This document shows positions 33,728 to 41,621 of a stretch of DNA of 50,092 nucleotides, piece by piece. Below the pieces are notes generated by a model. It was given only the letters and a program-made list of their open reading frames with translations, had not been told where the DNA came from and searched no databases. Source of the DNA: Ilumatobacteraceae bacterium (GTDB lineage Bacteria > Actinomycetota > Acidimicrobiia > Acidimicrobiales > Ilumatobacteraceae); the NCBI GenBank assembly GCA_031404635.1, contig JANNHY010000119.1, positions 1-50,092 on the forward strand. Reading direction: 5' to 3'. Position numbers and translations under genes: made by a program. Each line of letters begins with the position of its first letter. Position 1 is the first letter of the stretch.

Positions 33728-34915
33728 ATGCCGGTGTCACAACGAAAGCTGCTCGGTGCCTGGTACACACCGCCGGAGTTGGTCGAGGCCATCGTCGCCG
33801 AGGTGCGCCGCGGTTTCGCACCGCGGTCAGTGCTCGACCCGGCGTGTGGTGACGGGCGCTTCCTGGCCCCGTTCGCAGACACGGCAACCGTCACCGGGAT
33901 CGACATCGATCCGACGACCTCGTGGACCAACGGGGATTCATTGTCGATCGATTGGGGCGACCGACAATTCGAAGCTGTCGTCGGCAATCCACCATTCCTC
34001 AACCAGTTGGCTGCCTCGACCTCGCGTGGCGGGCGATCGAAGTTCGGTGGGGGCCCATACGCCGACACCGCCGCCGAGTTCCTGGCCTTGGCAATCCGGC
34101 TGGCGCGTCCTGGCGGGCGCGTCGGCCTGGTGTTGCCGCTCTCGATGCTGTCGACCCGCGATGTCGCCGCGATCCGCGCCGACGTCTCACAACGTGCCGC
34201 GCTGCGCTGGATGTGGTGGTCGCCGACGCAGATGTTCGATGCCAACGTGCGCGTCTGGGCGGGGGTGTGGGAGGTCGGCGGCACACAGGGTGAGGTGCGC
34301 CGCGCCTACGGCCCGAGGTTCGAGGTGAGGCCATCGATTGCGATGCCGCTGCAATGGGCCGGATTGATCGCCGACACGGTCGCCGCGCCACACGACGGCC
34401 CGGTGCTCGGCGACATCGCCACCTTTACCGCCGACTTTCGCGATCAGTACTACGGCCTGGTCGGCGCCGTCAGCGACTCGGCCGTCGGCCCAGCACTGAT
34501 CACCAGCGGGCTGATCGAGCCCAACGAGTGCTGGTGGGGGCATCGACCCGTTCGCTTCGCCAAGCAGAGATTCGCCGCGCCGCGGGTCGAGGTGTCGTTG
34601 CTGTCGCCAGCACTGCAGCGGTGGGCGGGCCAGCGACTGGTACCCAAGATCCTGATCGCCAATCAAACCCGCCGGATCGAGGCGGTCATCGACCGCGACG
34701 GAGCGTGGCTGCCGAGCGTGCCGGTGATCACCTGCACCACCGATCGGCTCGATGCAGTTGCTGCCCTGCTGCATTCCGACGCAGCGACCGACTGGGTGCG
34801 GTATCACGCCGCCGGCAGTGGGCTCGGCGCGTCGTCGGTGCGGCTCACGGCGCGGCTGCTGGCGTCGATCCCGTTGCCAGCTGCCATGGTCGCGACTCCC
34901 AACGACGCCAGTTGA
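33728..34915 (+). CDS. N6-adenine DNA methyltransferase (gamma-class, Eco57I/TaqI-like with C-terminal specificity-like domain), orphan
   Basis: Start at the ATG at 33728. Motifs are [10 protein letters not shown], motif [13 protein letters not shown] and motif IV VVGNPPF. A roughly 200-aa C-terminal region follows. No nuclease gene is adjacent. Confidence 0.8.
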   Translation: MPVSQRKLLGAWYTPPELVEAIVAEVRRGFAPRSVLDPACGDGRFLAPFADTATVTGIDIDPTTSWTNGDSLSIDWGDRQFEAVVGNPPFLNQLAASTSRGGRSKFGGGPYADTAAEFLALAIRLARPGGRVGLVLPLSMLSTRDVAAIRADVSQRAALRWMWWSPTQMFDANVRVWAGVWEVGGTQGEVRRAYGPRFEVRPSIAMPLQWAGLIADTVAAPHDGPVLGDIATFTADFRDQYYGLVGAVSDSAVGPALITSGLIEPNECWWGHRPVRFAKQRFAAPRVEVSLLSPALQRWAGQRLVPKILIANQTRRIEAVIDRDGAWLPSVPVITCTTDRLDAVAALLHSDAATDWVRYHAAGSGLGASSVRLTARLLASIPLPAAMVATPNDAS

Positions 34916-36197
34916 CCAAGGCGCGCATCGTCATCCACAACAACTGGGCGCCCCACAACCCGGCGAGGCCAAGCCGGGGGGCGAACAGCGTGGCGATGAC
35001 CAGCGGCGCGAACCCGACCAGGTTGATCACCGCCTGGCGGGCCAGCCAACGCTCGTCGTGGGCCCCGATCAGAGCACCGTCGAAGGCGAATGCGATCGCA
35101 CCGGGGAACTGCATCACCGCCAGGATCAACAGGCCGGCGGTCAGCCGGGCGTGCACCGCCGAGTCGCTACTGAACACGTGCGGCAGCACCGGGCTCAATG
35201 CCGCGAGCGCCGTCGCCAGCAGCACGGCGCAGCGCAGCGAAAGGCGGTTGCTGGCGCGGCCCACGAGCAACGCCTGATCGGTGTCGTCGGCGCCAAGTGC
35301 GCCGGCCACCAACGACTGCGCCGGTATCGCCAAGGCATCGAGCATCAGGGCCAGGAACATGAACAACTGGGTCAACACCTGATGGGCGGCGAGCGTCGGG
35401 GTGTCGACCCGCGCCGCCACCGCGGTGGATGTGTTCCACACCGCGAACATCGCCAGCGACCGCACCGCAAAGTGAACTCCGCTGCGCAGCATGTTGTTCA
35501 TCCGCTGCGCCGTGGGTCGGCCGCCCCCACGGTGCGGGCGCAGCACCCGCAGGAACATCAAGGCCGCGCCCACTTGCACGAACACCGTGCTCCACGCCGA
35601 CCCGGCGACACCGAGGTCGAGCCAGTAGACGGCGACGATCTCCAAGATGACGTTGACGACGTTGGCGATCAGAACGATCAGCAATGGCTTGCGCAAATCG
35701 TTCACTCCGCGCATCACCCCATGTCCCACATAGGTGACCAACACGAATGGAAGGCCGACGCAACTGATCCGCACGTAGGTGACGGCGTACCCCAGCACGT
35801 CACCGCGACCACCGAGCAGCCAGGCCAACGGGTGGGCCGCCGCGGCGACAGCGGCGCCCATGGGCACACCGATCATCACTGCCAACCGCAGGGCTGCCGT
35901 GGCGACGTCTCGGGCCTCGGCGGAACGGCCGGCACCATGGGCGAAGGCGACGTCGGGGGTGACACCGTATTCCAGCGAGGCCGTCAGCGAGATCACCGTC
36001 AACAAGATGGTCGAGGCGATCGCCAGCCCACCGAGTTGCGGCGTTCCGAGGCGCCCGACGATGGCCGTGTCGACGAGCACGTACAACGGCTCGATGGCCA
36101 ACGTTCCGAGGGCGGGGATCGCCAGGGCGATGATGCGCCGATCGAGCTCACGGCGGGCGCCGCGCCCCGGGGGCTTCATCTCACCGAGGCTACGCAT
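34845..36197 (-). CDS. MATE-family efflux transporter (DinF-like)
   Basis: The N-terminus is LAIPALGTLAIEPLYVLVDTAIVGRLG, and there are about 12 hydrophobic segments. The start is the ATG at 36197 or at 36179. The track extension overlaps map. Confidence 0.88.
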   Translation of the reverse strand: MRSLGEMKPPGRGARRELDRRIIALAIPALGTLAIEPLYVLVDTAIVGRLGTPQLGGLAIASTILLTVISLTASLEYGVTPDVAFAHGAGRSAEARDVATAALRLAVMIGVPMGAAVAAAAHPLAWLLGGRGDVLGYAVTYVRISCVGLPFVLVTYVGHGVMRGVNDLRKPLLIVLIANVVNVILEIVAVYWLDLGVAGSAWSTVFVQVGAALMFLRVLRPHRGGGRPTAQRMNNMLRSGVHFAVRSLAMFAVWNTSTAVAARVDTPTLAAHQVLTQLFMFLALMLDALAIPAQSLVAGALGADDTDQALLVGRASNRLSLRCAVLLATALAALSPVLPHVFSSDSAVHARLTAGLLILAVMQFPGAIAFAFDGALIGAHDERWLARQAVINLVGFAPLVIATLFAPRLGLAGLWGAQLLWMTMRALVNWRRWESRPWQLATGSTPAAAP

Positions 36198-36237
36198 CTG
36201 TGCGGGGATCAGCCGGCGACGGCCTGGGCCTGCTCGG

Positions 36238-37272
36238 TCAACTATGCCACGGGGCCGACGGCGACACTGCGCCGGGCGCGGTGAGCACATCGAAGCCGTC
36301 GTCGGTGACGAGGATGGTGTGTTCGTACTGTGCGGTGCGTCTGCCGTCGGACGTAACGGCGGTCCAGTCGTCGTCGAACACCATCTTGTGCTGCCACGAC
36401 CCCATGGTGATCATCGGCTCGATGGTGAAGGTCATGCCGGGGCGCATAATGGTGTTGGCCCGCTCGTCGTAGTAATGCAGCACCTGGACGTCGGTGTGGA
36501 ACTGCTCGCCGATGCCGTGACCGATGAACGCCCTGACCACGCCGTAGCGGTACTTCTTGGCGTGCGCTTCGATCGCCTTGCCGATGTCGCTGATCGGGCG
36601 ACCGGGCCGCACGGCCTCGATGCCGTGCCACATACATTCCTCGGTGACTCGCACCAACTGTTGGCTGGCCGGGTCGACCGTGCCGACGAGAAATGTGGCG
36701 TTGGTGTCGCCGTGCACCCCGCCGACGTACGTGGTGACGTCGATGTTGAGAATGTCGCCATCCTGCAACGGCCGCGAGTCGGGGATGCCGTGGCAGATGA
36801 CCTCGTTGACGCTGGTGCACACGCTCTTCGGGAAGTGGTTGTAGTTGAGCGGGCTCGGGTAGGCGTTGCGTTCGATGCACAGGTCGTGGACGTAGACGTC
36901 GATGGCATCGGTGGTGACCCCTGGACACACCATCTCGCCGGCCAGCCGCAGCACCTCGGCAGCAACGGCCCCGGCACGGCGCATGCGCTCGATGATCTCG
37001 GCAGTCTTGACTCGCGGCTCTAGCCATCTGACCGGCACCCCGGTGTCGGCGTACGCCGGACGGACGATGCCGTCGGGAACTCGGCGCGTTGCACTGACCA
37101 CGCCCTGCAGGACCCGGCCTTCGAGAGGTTTGTGGCAACGCTTGTACTTGCGACCGCTGCCACACCAGCACGGTTCGTTGGCCTGTGGCAACGTGGCCGG
37201 CGGTTGGGCGGTCTGCAACACGATCGTCACTCTACCCGACACTGTTCCCGCCGTTCCCGGCGAGACATTCAT
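36238..37272 (-). CDS. map: type I methionine aminopeptidase with N-terminal SEC-C-like zinc motif
   Basis: Core motifs are FPKSVCTSVNEVICHGIPD, DGDILNIDVT, GGVHGDTNATF, GHGIG and TIEPM. The N-terminal motif is PCWCGSGRKYKRCH. The start is uncertain: the ATG at 37272, or the GTGs at 37230 or 37221. Confidence 0.9.
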   Translation of the reverse strand: MNVSPGTAGTVSGRVTIVLQTAQPPATLPQANEPCWCGSGRKYKRCHKPLEGRVLQGVVSATRRVPDGIVRPAYADTGVPVRWLEPRVKTAEIIERMRRAGAVAAEVLRLAGEMVCPGVTTDAIDVYVHDLCIERNAYPSPLNYNHFPKSVCTSVNEVICHGIPDSRPLQDGDILNIDVTTYVGGVHGDTNATFLVGTVDPASQQLVRVTEECMWHGIEAVRPGRPISDIGKAIEAHAKKYRYGVVRAFIGHGIGEQFHTDVQVLHYYDERANTIMRPGMTFTIEPMITMGSWQHKMVFDDDWTAVTSDGRRTAQYEHTILVTDDGFDVLTAPGAVSPSAPWHS

Positions 37273-37332
37273 CGACCGAGGAGCGAAACCGGTCGGGGAT
37301 CGGCTCCCTCGGGGAATAGCGTGGCGACCGCT

Positions 37333-38901
37333 ATGGGATCGATCCAGGTCAGCCACGTCGGATGGCGGCGTCCGGGCGGCGCCGAGCTGCTGCGCGACGT
37401 CAGCTTCACCGTCGGCAACGGCGACCGCGTGGCGTTGGTCGGCGCCAACGGCGTTGGCAAGACCACGCTGATGCGCTTGATCGCCGGCGAGACCACGGCC
37501 ACGAGCGGCACGGTGTCGATCGACGGCCGGCTCGGAGTGATGCGCCAGCTGGTCGGCGAGAACGAACAGACCGTGCGCGATCTGATGGTGTCGCTGGCGC
37601 CGCAGCGGCTGCAGGAAGCGGCAGCCCGGCTGGCTCGCGCCGAGGCCGCGGCCGCCGAACAGCCGATGCGCTACGCAACTGCGCTTGCCGAGTGGGGTGA
37701 CTCCGGCGGGTACGAGGCCGAGGTTTTCTGGGACGCTTGCTGCACCAAGGCCGTCGGTGAGCCGTTCGCCGAGATGGACCGGCGTCCGCTGCGCACCTTC
37801 AGCGGAGGCGAGCAGAAGCGGCTGGTCCTCGAGGCATTGCTGCGCAGCGACTACGACGTGTTGCTGCTCGACGAGCCCGACAATTTCCTCGACGTTCCGG
37901 GCAAGCGTTGGCTGGAAGCCGAGTTACGCGCCAGTCGCAAGACGATGTTGTTCGTCAGCCACGACCGCGAGCTGCTCGCCGCCACCGCCTCGAAGATCGT
38001 CACGATCGAAGCAAGTGGAGCGTGGACCCACGGCAGCGGGTTTGCGACCTACCACGAGGCCCGCCAAGCGCACCTCGAGAACCGGGAACACTCGTTGGCG
38101 CTGTACGAGGACGAACGCAAGAAGCTCGAGGACATGGTGGTCGTGATGCGCCAACGGGCGAAGATCAGCGACAAGTTCGCGCCGCGCCTCAAGGCCGCTG
38201 AAAGCAGGCTGCGCCAGTTCCTCGAACGAAGCGACGCCCCCGAACTGGTACGTGAACAGCGCATCGACATGCGCCTCGGAGGAGCGCGCACGGGCAAGCG
38301 GGCGTTGGCGGTGCGACAACTGGAACTTGACGGGCTGACCGATCCGTTCGACCTGGAGCTGTGGTACGGCGAGCGCGTTGCCGTACTCGGCGGAAACGGC
38401 GTTGGCAAGAGCCACTTCCTGCGCGTGCTGGGCGGTGATGATGCTGTGTCGCACAGTGGCGATGTGCGCCTCGGGGCCGGCGTCGTGCCGGGCCTGTTCA
38501 ATCAGACCCACGAGCACCCGGAGTGGACCGGGCGCACGCTGCTGCAGATCCTCCATGACAACGACGTGGTCCGCGGACCGGCCATGGGGATGCTGCGCCG
38601 CTACGAGATGCAAGGCTGCGCCGACCAGACGTTCAACACCTTGAGCGGAGGCCAGCAGGCCCGCTTCCAGATCCTGCTGCTGGAATTGAGCGGGGCGACG
38701 CTGCTGTTGCTCGACGAGCCGACCGACAACCTCGACCTTGTCTCGGCGGAGGCGTTGGAGGCCGGGCTAACCGAATTCCAAGGCACGGTCATCGCGGTCA
38801 CCCACGACCGCTGGTTCCTGCGCGGCTTCGATCGCTTCGTAGTGTTCAACGACGATTGCTCCGTCGCCGACCATCTCGATCGCCCGGCCGACTGGCGCTG
38901 A
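37333..38901 (+). CDS. ABC-F family ATPase (two NBDs, no membrane domain)
   Basis: Start at the ATG at 37333. Walker A GANGVGKTT and GGNGVGKSH, signatures FSGGEQKR and LSGGQQAR, Walker B LLLDEPDN and LLLDEPTDN. There is a charged linker between the NBDs. Confidence 0.9.
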   Translation: MGSIQVSHVGWRRPGGAELLRDVSFTVGNGDRVALVGANGVGKTTLMRLIAGETTATSGTVSIDGRLGVMRQLVGENEQTVRDLMVSLAPQRLQEAAARLARAEAAAAEQPMRYATALAEWGDSGGYEAEVFWDACCTKAVGEPFAEMDRRPLRTFSGGEQKRLVLEALLRSDYDVLLLDEPDNFLDVPGKRWLEAELRASRKTMLFVSHDRELLAATASKIVTIEASGAWTHGSGFATYHEARQAHLENREHSLALYEDERKKLEDMVVVMRQRAKISDKFAPRLKAAESRLRQFLERSDAPELVREQRIDMRLGGARTGKRALAVRQLELDGLTDPFDLELWYGERVAVLGGNGVGKSHFLRVLGGDDAVSHSGDVRLGAGVVPGLFNQTHEHPEWTGRTLLQILHDNDVVRGPAMGMLRRYEMQGCADQTFNTLSGGQQARFQILLLELSGATLLLLDEPTDNLDLVSAEALEAGLTEFQGTVIAVTHDRWFLRGFDRFVVFNDDCSVADHLDRPADWR

Positions 38902-38918
38902 CCTCGCCAAGCCGTCTG

Positions 38919-39995
38919 TCAGGCGTCGCCGAAGCCGAGGTCGCCGGCCCACGGCGGTGCGCACGCATACGGCGGCGTCCACGGGCCGCGGCCGCAGTAG
39001 ACCCACAAGTCGCTGGCCGCATCGGCACAGTTCTGCATCGACGCCTTGACCGACTCCACGCTCCAACCACGCCGGCCGAGCTCGCCATGGGGCTCGAACA
39101 TCCCTGCCAGGGCGTTGAGCTGGAACGTGCAGTGCGAGTCGTCGCGTGTCAACAAGTTGAGGTTGACCGACGTGTAGTTGCAACCGCCCTCGCGCGAAGC
39201 GATGTACACCGCCCACTGCTGCGTTGCGGTGTCGCCGCCGTCCTTTTCGAACTCGTCGGCGATGACGTCGGCGTTGGCCTTGGTACAGGCGATGTGGTTG
39301 CCGTAATAGGGAATGCCGTCGCGGGTGAGGCTCCAGTTAGGGAACGGCTCGCGCGCCGCCGGCCATGGGCCGCCCGGCGCCACGGTGAAAATCTGCCCGC
39401 CTTGAGTCGTGGTCCTCCCACTCCAGATGCCCATCGCCGCCAACGTCGACGGACCCGCCGTTCCGTCGGTACCAAGCGGCGGAGTTGCCAGTTGGAAGGC
39501 CCGCACGGCCTCGGAAGTCGCCTTGTCGTACCCGCCGGTCGCAGCCGACGACAGGTAGCCATCCTCGATCAATTTGTCTTGCAAACACTTCACCGATGCA
39601 CCGCTCGACCCGGCTCCGAGGTGAGCGTCGGCCAGGCACAGTGGCGGTGGCTCCTTGTCGACGCCGGAGTAGATACCCATTTCGATGAGGACCTGAGGGC
39701 TTCCGACGCCGTCGACACGCAGCGGCGGATGATTCGACTGGAAGATGGCCATCGCCTCGGCGGTTGCCCTGTCGAACTTCTGGGTGAGTGTGGCCCGGTA
39801 GAGCCCCATAGAAGCCAGGGCGAATTGCAGGCAAGCGACACTCGACCCGCTGGAACCGATGGCCAACCCGGCGTCGCTGGTGCACCGTCCGAGTTCGGGG
39901 ACGTTGGCGCGCACGGCCGGCGACACCGACGACGTGGCCACGTTGAACGCCAGCATCGTGGCAACCAGTATCAACGCCGATCGCCGTAACTTCAC
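38919..39995 (-). CDS. secreted protein with two PG_binding_1-like repeats and a C-terminal lysozyme/lytic-transglycosylase-like domain
   Basis: The GTG at 39995 gives the signal peptide KLRRSALILVATMLAFNVATSSVSPAVRA. The repeats are CLQFALASMGLY...ATAEAMAIFQ and CLQDKLIEDGYL...ATSEAVRAFQ. The C-terminal segment is IASREGGCNYTSVN...CTFQLNA. Confidence 0.6.
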   Translation of the reverse strand: MKLRRSALILVATMLAFNVATSSVSPAVRANVPELGRCTSDAGLAIGSSGSSVACLQFALASMGLYRATLTQKFDRATAEAMAIFQSNHPPLRVDGVGSPQVLIEMGIYSGVDKEPPPLCLADAHLGAGSSGASVKCLQDKLIEDGYLSSAATGGYDKATSEAVRAFQLATPPLGTDGTAGPSTLAAMGIWSGRTTTQGGQIFTVAPGGPWPAAREPFPNWSLTRDGIPYYGNHIACTKANADVIADEFEKDGGDTATQQWAVYIASREGGCNYTSVNLNLLTRDDSHCTFQLNALAGMFEPHGELGRRGWSVESVKASMQNCADAASDLWVYCGRGPWTPPYACAPPWAGDLGFGDA

Positions 39996-40013
39996 CCACG
40001 TAGTCTGCCGTGG

Positions 40014-41486
40014 ATGGGCCGAGACCACGCCGCACCACCCAACATCTTGCTGATCACCCTCGACCAGTTCCGGGCCGACTGTCTGTCGTGCGCCGGGCAC
40101 CCCGTGGTGCTAACGCCGGCCCTCGACGAGCTTGCCGAGCAGGGTATTCGCCTCAGCCGGCACTATGCGCAGGCAGCGCCGTGTTCACCAGGACGGGCGG
40201 CTCTCTATACGGGCACCTACCAGATGAACAATCGAGTGGTCGCCAACGGCACGCCGCTCGACACACGTTTCGACAACATCGCCCACGCGGCACGCCGGGC
40301 CGGGTATGCGCCTGCGCTGTTCGGGTACACCGATCAGGGAGTGGACCCGCGCACCGTCGGCGACGCCGACGATCCGCGACTGTCGACGTACGAAGGTGTC
40401 CTCCCCGGTTTCGATCCTGTGCTCGACATGAGTGGTTGGCAGCTCCCATGGCTGCAGTGGCTGAACAGCCACGGCTACGACTTCCCCGATCCGATTACCG
40501 CCCTGCACCTCGAATGCGAGCGGCCGGCCGAACTGTCGACGTCGACGTTTCTCACCGACGGCTTCCTTGCCTGGCTCGAAGAGCAACGCCAACCGTGGTT
40601 CGCCCATGTCTCCTACCTGCGTCCACATCCCCCCTACAGCGCCGCTGGTGAGTTCTCGACGATGTACGACCCCGCCGCATGCCCTTCACCACTGCCGACC
40701 CCCGGGAATCGTCACCGGCTCGTGGACGGCCTGCTGCGCAGCCCGGCAGCCGCGCCCACAGACCCTGCTGCGGTGGCTCGCGTCCAAGCCCAATATTTCG
40801 GGATGATCAGCGAAGTCGACGCCCAGTTGGCCCGGGTTTGGGCCGCTCTGAGCGATCGTAGCGAATGGGGCAACACGGTGATCGTCGTCACCGCCGATCA
40901 CGCCGAGCAGCTCGGCGATCAGGGTCTGCTGGAAAAGGCCGGATTCTATGAATCGAGCTATGCGATCTTGGGTATCGTCCGCGACCCACGGTTCGACCAC
41001 GTCGGCGTCGTCGACGAGTTCACAGAAAACATCGACATCATGCCGACGCTGTGCGAGGCAATGGGGGCCGATGTGCCGGCGCAATGCGACGGCTTTCCGC
41101 TGACGCCGTTCCTGCATGGCGACCGACCTGGCTCGTGGCGCGATGCCGCGTACTACGAATGGGACTGGCGCGATGTGTTCATACCGCTTGGCGACCACGA
41201 GTGGCCATGGGACCGCCGGCTGGAACGACACAACCTGGCGGTTCGTCGTAGCCGTGAGCGGGCATTCGTACACTTTGGCGACGGCTCGTGGCGATGTTTC
41301 GACCTCGCCGCCGACCCGACGTGGCAGACCGAGATCACCGACCCGGCGGTGGTGCTCGCCGAGGCCGCCGAGATGTTGAGCTGGCGCTCACGGAACCTTG
41401 ACCGAACCATGACCGGCATGCTGCTGCGAGACGGCGGCATCGGCCGCCGACCGGCGCCGATCCCCTCCTCCCCGGCCTGCAACTAG
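40014..41486 (+). CDS. sulfatase-family hydrolase (formylglycine-type)
   Basis: The N-terminus is NILLITLDQFRAD. The sulfatase signature C-x-P-x-R appears as APCSPGRAALYTG, followed by VVTADHAEQLGD. Confidence 0.85.
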   Translation: MGRDHAAPPNILLITLDQFRADCLSCAGHPVVLTPALDELAEQGIRLSRHYAQAAPCSPGRAALYTGTYQMNNRVVANGTPLDTRFDNIAHAARRAGYAPALFGYTDQGVDPRTVGDADDPRLSTYEGVLPGFDPVLDMSGWQLPWLQWLNSHGYDFPDPITALHLECERPAELSTSTFLTDGFLAWLEEQRQPWFAHVSYLRPHPPYSAAGEFSTMYDPAACPSPLPTPGNRHRLVDGLLRSPAAAPTDPAAVARVQAQYFGMISEVDAQLARVWAALSDRSEWGNTVIVVTADHAEQLGDQGLLEKAGFYESSYAILGIVRDPRFDHVGVVDEFTENIDIMPTLCEAMGADVPAQCDGFPLTPFLHGDRPGSWRDAAYYEWDWRDVFIPLGDHEWPWDRRLERHNLAVRRSRERAFVHFGDGSWRCFDLAADPTWQTEITDPAVVLAEAAEMLSWRSRNLDRTMTGMLLRDGGIGRRPAPIPSSPACN

Positions 41487-41593
41487 CCAAGCGGTGGGCG
41501 CTTGTCTTTCTTTTCGCGCTTGGCCTCGCGCTTTTCCTTGAGCGTCTTGCCGGCCTTCTTGGCCGAAGGTTTCTGTGGTGACTTGCTGGGCAT
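41483..41593 (-). CDS. putative 36-aa lysine-rich basic small protein
   Basis: The ATG at 41593 is preceded by cgttacGAGGAGGctcg. The translation is MPSKSPQKPSAKKAGKTLKEKREAKREKKDKRPPLG. It lies 28 nt downstream of the amidase stop on the same strand. The call is ab initio only. Confidence 0.45.
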   Translation of the reverse strand: MPSKSPQKPSAKKAGKTLKEKREAKREKKDKRPPLG

Positions 41594-41621
41594 CGAGCCT
41601 CCTCGTAACGGGCTGACACTA

